Positions 45,270-46,261 of a stretch of 46,261 bases of DNA are shown here, in pieces. The stretch's first letter is position 1; every line of letters starts with the position of its first letter. The DNA is from Thermoplasmata archaeon. Its GTDB lineage: Archaea > Thermoplasmatota > Thermoplasmata > Lutacidiplasmatales > UBA184. The notes under the pieces are model-generated. The model searched no databases. It had not been told where the DNA came from and saw only the letters and a program-made list of their open reading frames with translations. A program made the position numbers and the translations under genes. Where the stretch lies: positions 1-46,261 of the forward strand of contig JASHVA010000033.1 in the NCBI GenBank assembly GCA_030039715.1, in the 5' to 3' direction.

Positions 45270-45568
45270 GGAGGGCCCTCCTTCCGCTTCGTCCGGTCGA
45301 ACATCGCGAGGATCCGCTCCGTGACGGCGTAGCCGCCCGTCACGTTCATCGCGCCCATGATCACGGCCACGAGGCCGATCGCCTGCTCGAGCGGGGTCTG
45401 CGCGATGCCGAGGGCGACGATCGCGCCGACGAGCACGATCCCGTGGATGAAGTTCGAGCCGCTCATGAGCGGCGTGTGGAGGAGGACCGGCACGCGGCCG
45501 ATCACCTCGTAGCCGGTGAACGCGGCGAGGATCGCGATGAAGAGCGCCGTCCAGAGGTCCGCGGCCAT
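45266..45568 (-). CDS. pntAB: NAD(P) transhydrogenase subunit alpha-2 (membrane part)
   Basis: LHTPLMSGSN and GGY.VT.R..AMF motifs. Confidence 0.93.
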   Translation of the reverse strand: MAADLWTALFIAILAAFTGYEVIGRVPVLLHTPLMSGSNFIHGIVLVGAIVALGIAQTPLEQAIGLVAVIMGAMNVTGGYAVTERILAMFDRTKRKEGPP

Positions 45569-46261
45569 CTACTTCGCCCCCGCGAGGAGGTCGGCCGTCG
45601 GCTTGTGGGTCACCGCTCCGTCCGCGGTGAGCCGGCTCGCGACGAGGATCTCGTCCGTGAAGCTCCCGACGAGGTTGCCGGACTTATCGACAAGGAGCGT
45701 GAGGAACGCCTCGAGGTTCTTCGCGAACATCAGGCTCGCGTGGAACGGGATCTCGCCGGGGAGGTTGAGCGGGCCGACGATCTGGACCCCGCCCGCGTCG
45801 ACGCGCTCCCCCGGCTTCGTGAGCTCGCAGTTCCCCCCGCTCTCGGCCGCGAGGTCGACGATTACCGCACCGGGGCGCATCCGCGCGACCATCTCCTTCC
45901 GAACGAGGAGCGGGGCGCGGCGACCGGGCACGTTCGCCGTCGTGATCACGACGTCCGCGTCGCCGATCGCCTTCGCGAGCATCTCCGCTTCCTGCTTCTT
46001 CTCCTCGTCCGTGAGCTCGCGGGCGTAGCCGCCCTGGCCCTCGGCATTGATCTGGAGCTCGAGGAACTTCGCGCCGAGGCTGCGGACCTGCTCGCCCGCC
46101 GCGCGCCGGACGTCGTACGCCTCGACGAGGGCGCCGAGCCGCTTCGACGTCGCGATCGCCATGAGACCCGCGACGCCGGCCCCGAGGATCAGCACCTTCG
46201 CGGGGCGGATCGTCCCGGCGGCGGTCGTGAGCATCGGCAGGAACTTCGGGCAGAGCTCGGC
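45569..46261 (-). CDS. pntAA: NAD(P) transhydrogenase subunit alpha-1 (5' truncated by window edge)
   Basis: FLPMLTTAAG, GAGVAGL, GGYA and DLAAESGGNC motifs. Confidence 0.94.
   Translation of the reverse strand, partial: AELCPKFLPMLTTAAGTIRPAKVLILGAGVAGLMAIATSKRLGALVEAYDVRRAAGEQVRSLGAKFLELQINAEGQGGYARELTDEEKKQEAEMLAKAIGDADVVITTANVPGRRAPLLVRKEMVARMRPGAVIVDLAAESGGNCELTKPGERVDAGGVQIVGPLNLPGEIPFHASLMFAKNLEAFLTLLVDKSGNLVGSFTDEILVASRLTADGAVTHKPTADLLAGAK

Noticed and set aside
141..46028. Many long alternative-frame or antisense ORFs (e.g. 778-2658+, 3422-5482+, 29596-31614+, 36250-38598+, 39993-41969-)
   Set aside because: They are Arg/Gly/Pro-rich shadows of real genes, expected at this GC content, with no recognisable motifs.

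Overview
A very GC-rich (about 70%), gene-dense archaeal core-genome segment. Diagnostic genes are rps8e, SRP19, a GPN GTPase, PolD small subunit, archaeal DnaG and XPD, plus TATA-box leaderless promoters. A Thermoplasmata assignment is my inference. About 50 CDSs and 2 tRNAs (Pro-GGG, Val-GAC) were found; no CRISPR, rRNA, transposase or integrase was seen. The centre (about 13.3-27.0 kb) is a cytochrome-c-free aerobic respiratory supercluster: Tat translocase, Rieske protein, cytochrome b, an A1-type heme-copper oxidase, heme a/o synthases and two membrane-anchored blue-copper proteins. Main oddities: (1) two genome-maintenance genes (rnhB, xpd) have no in-frame ATG/GTG/TTG upstream of conserved N-terminal motifs, but both have ACG-ACG behind an SD-like tract; (2) coxB is split into a TM1 peptide and a TM2+CuA gene; (3) a TTCGTAC motif recurs at fixed spacing before weak TATA boxes of the respiratory promoters; (4) dnaG has an approximately 200-nt structured leader that sequesters an SD-like sequence; (5) an endonuclease IV homolog has lost several metal ligands, and a LonB-type ATPase has no protease domain. 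All calls come from reading motifs by eye; no database searches were run.
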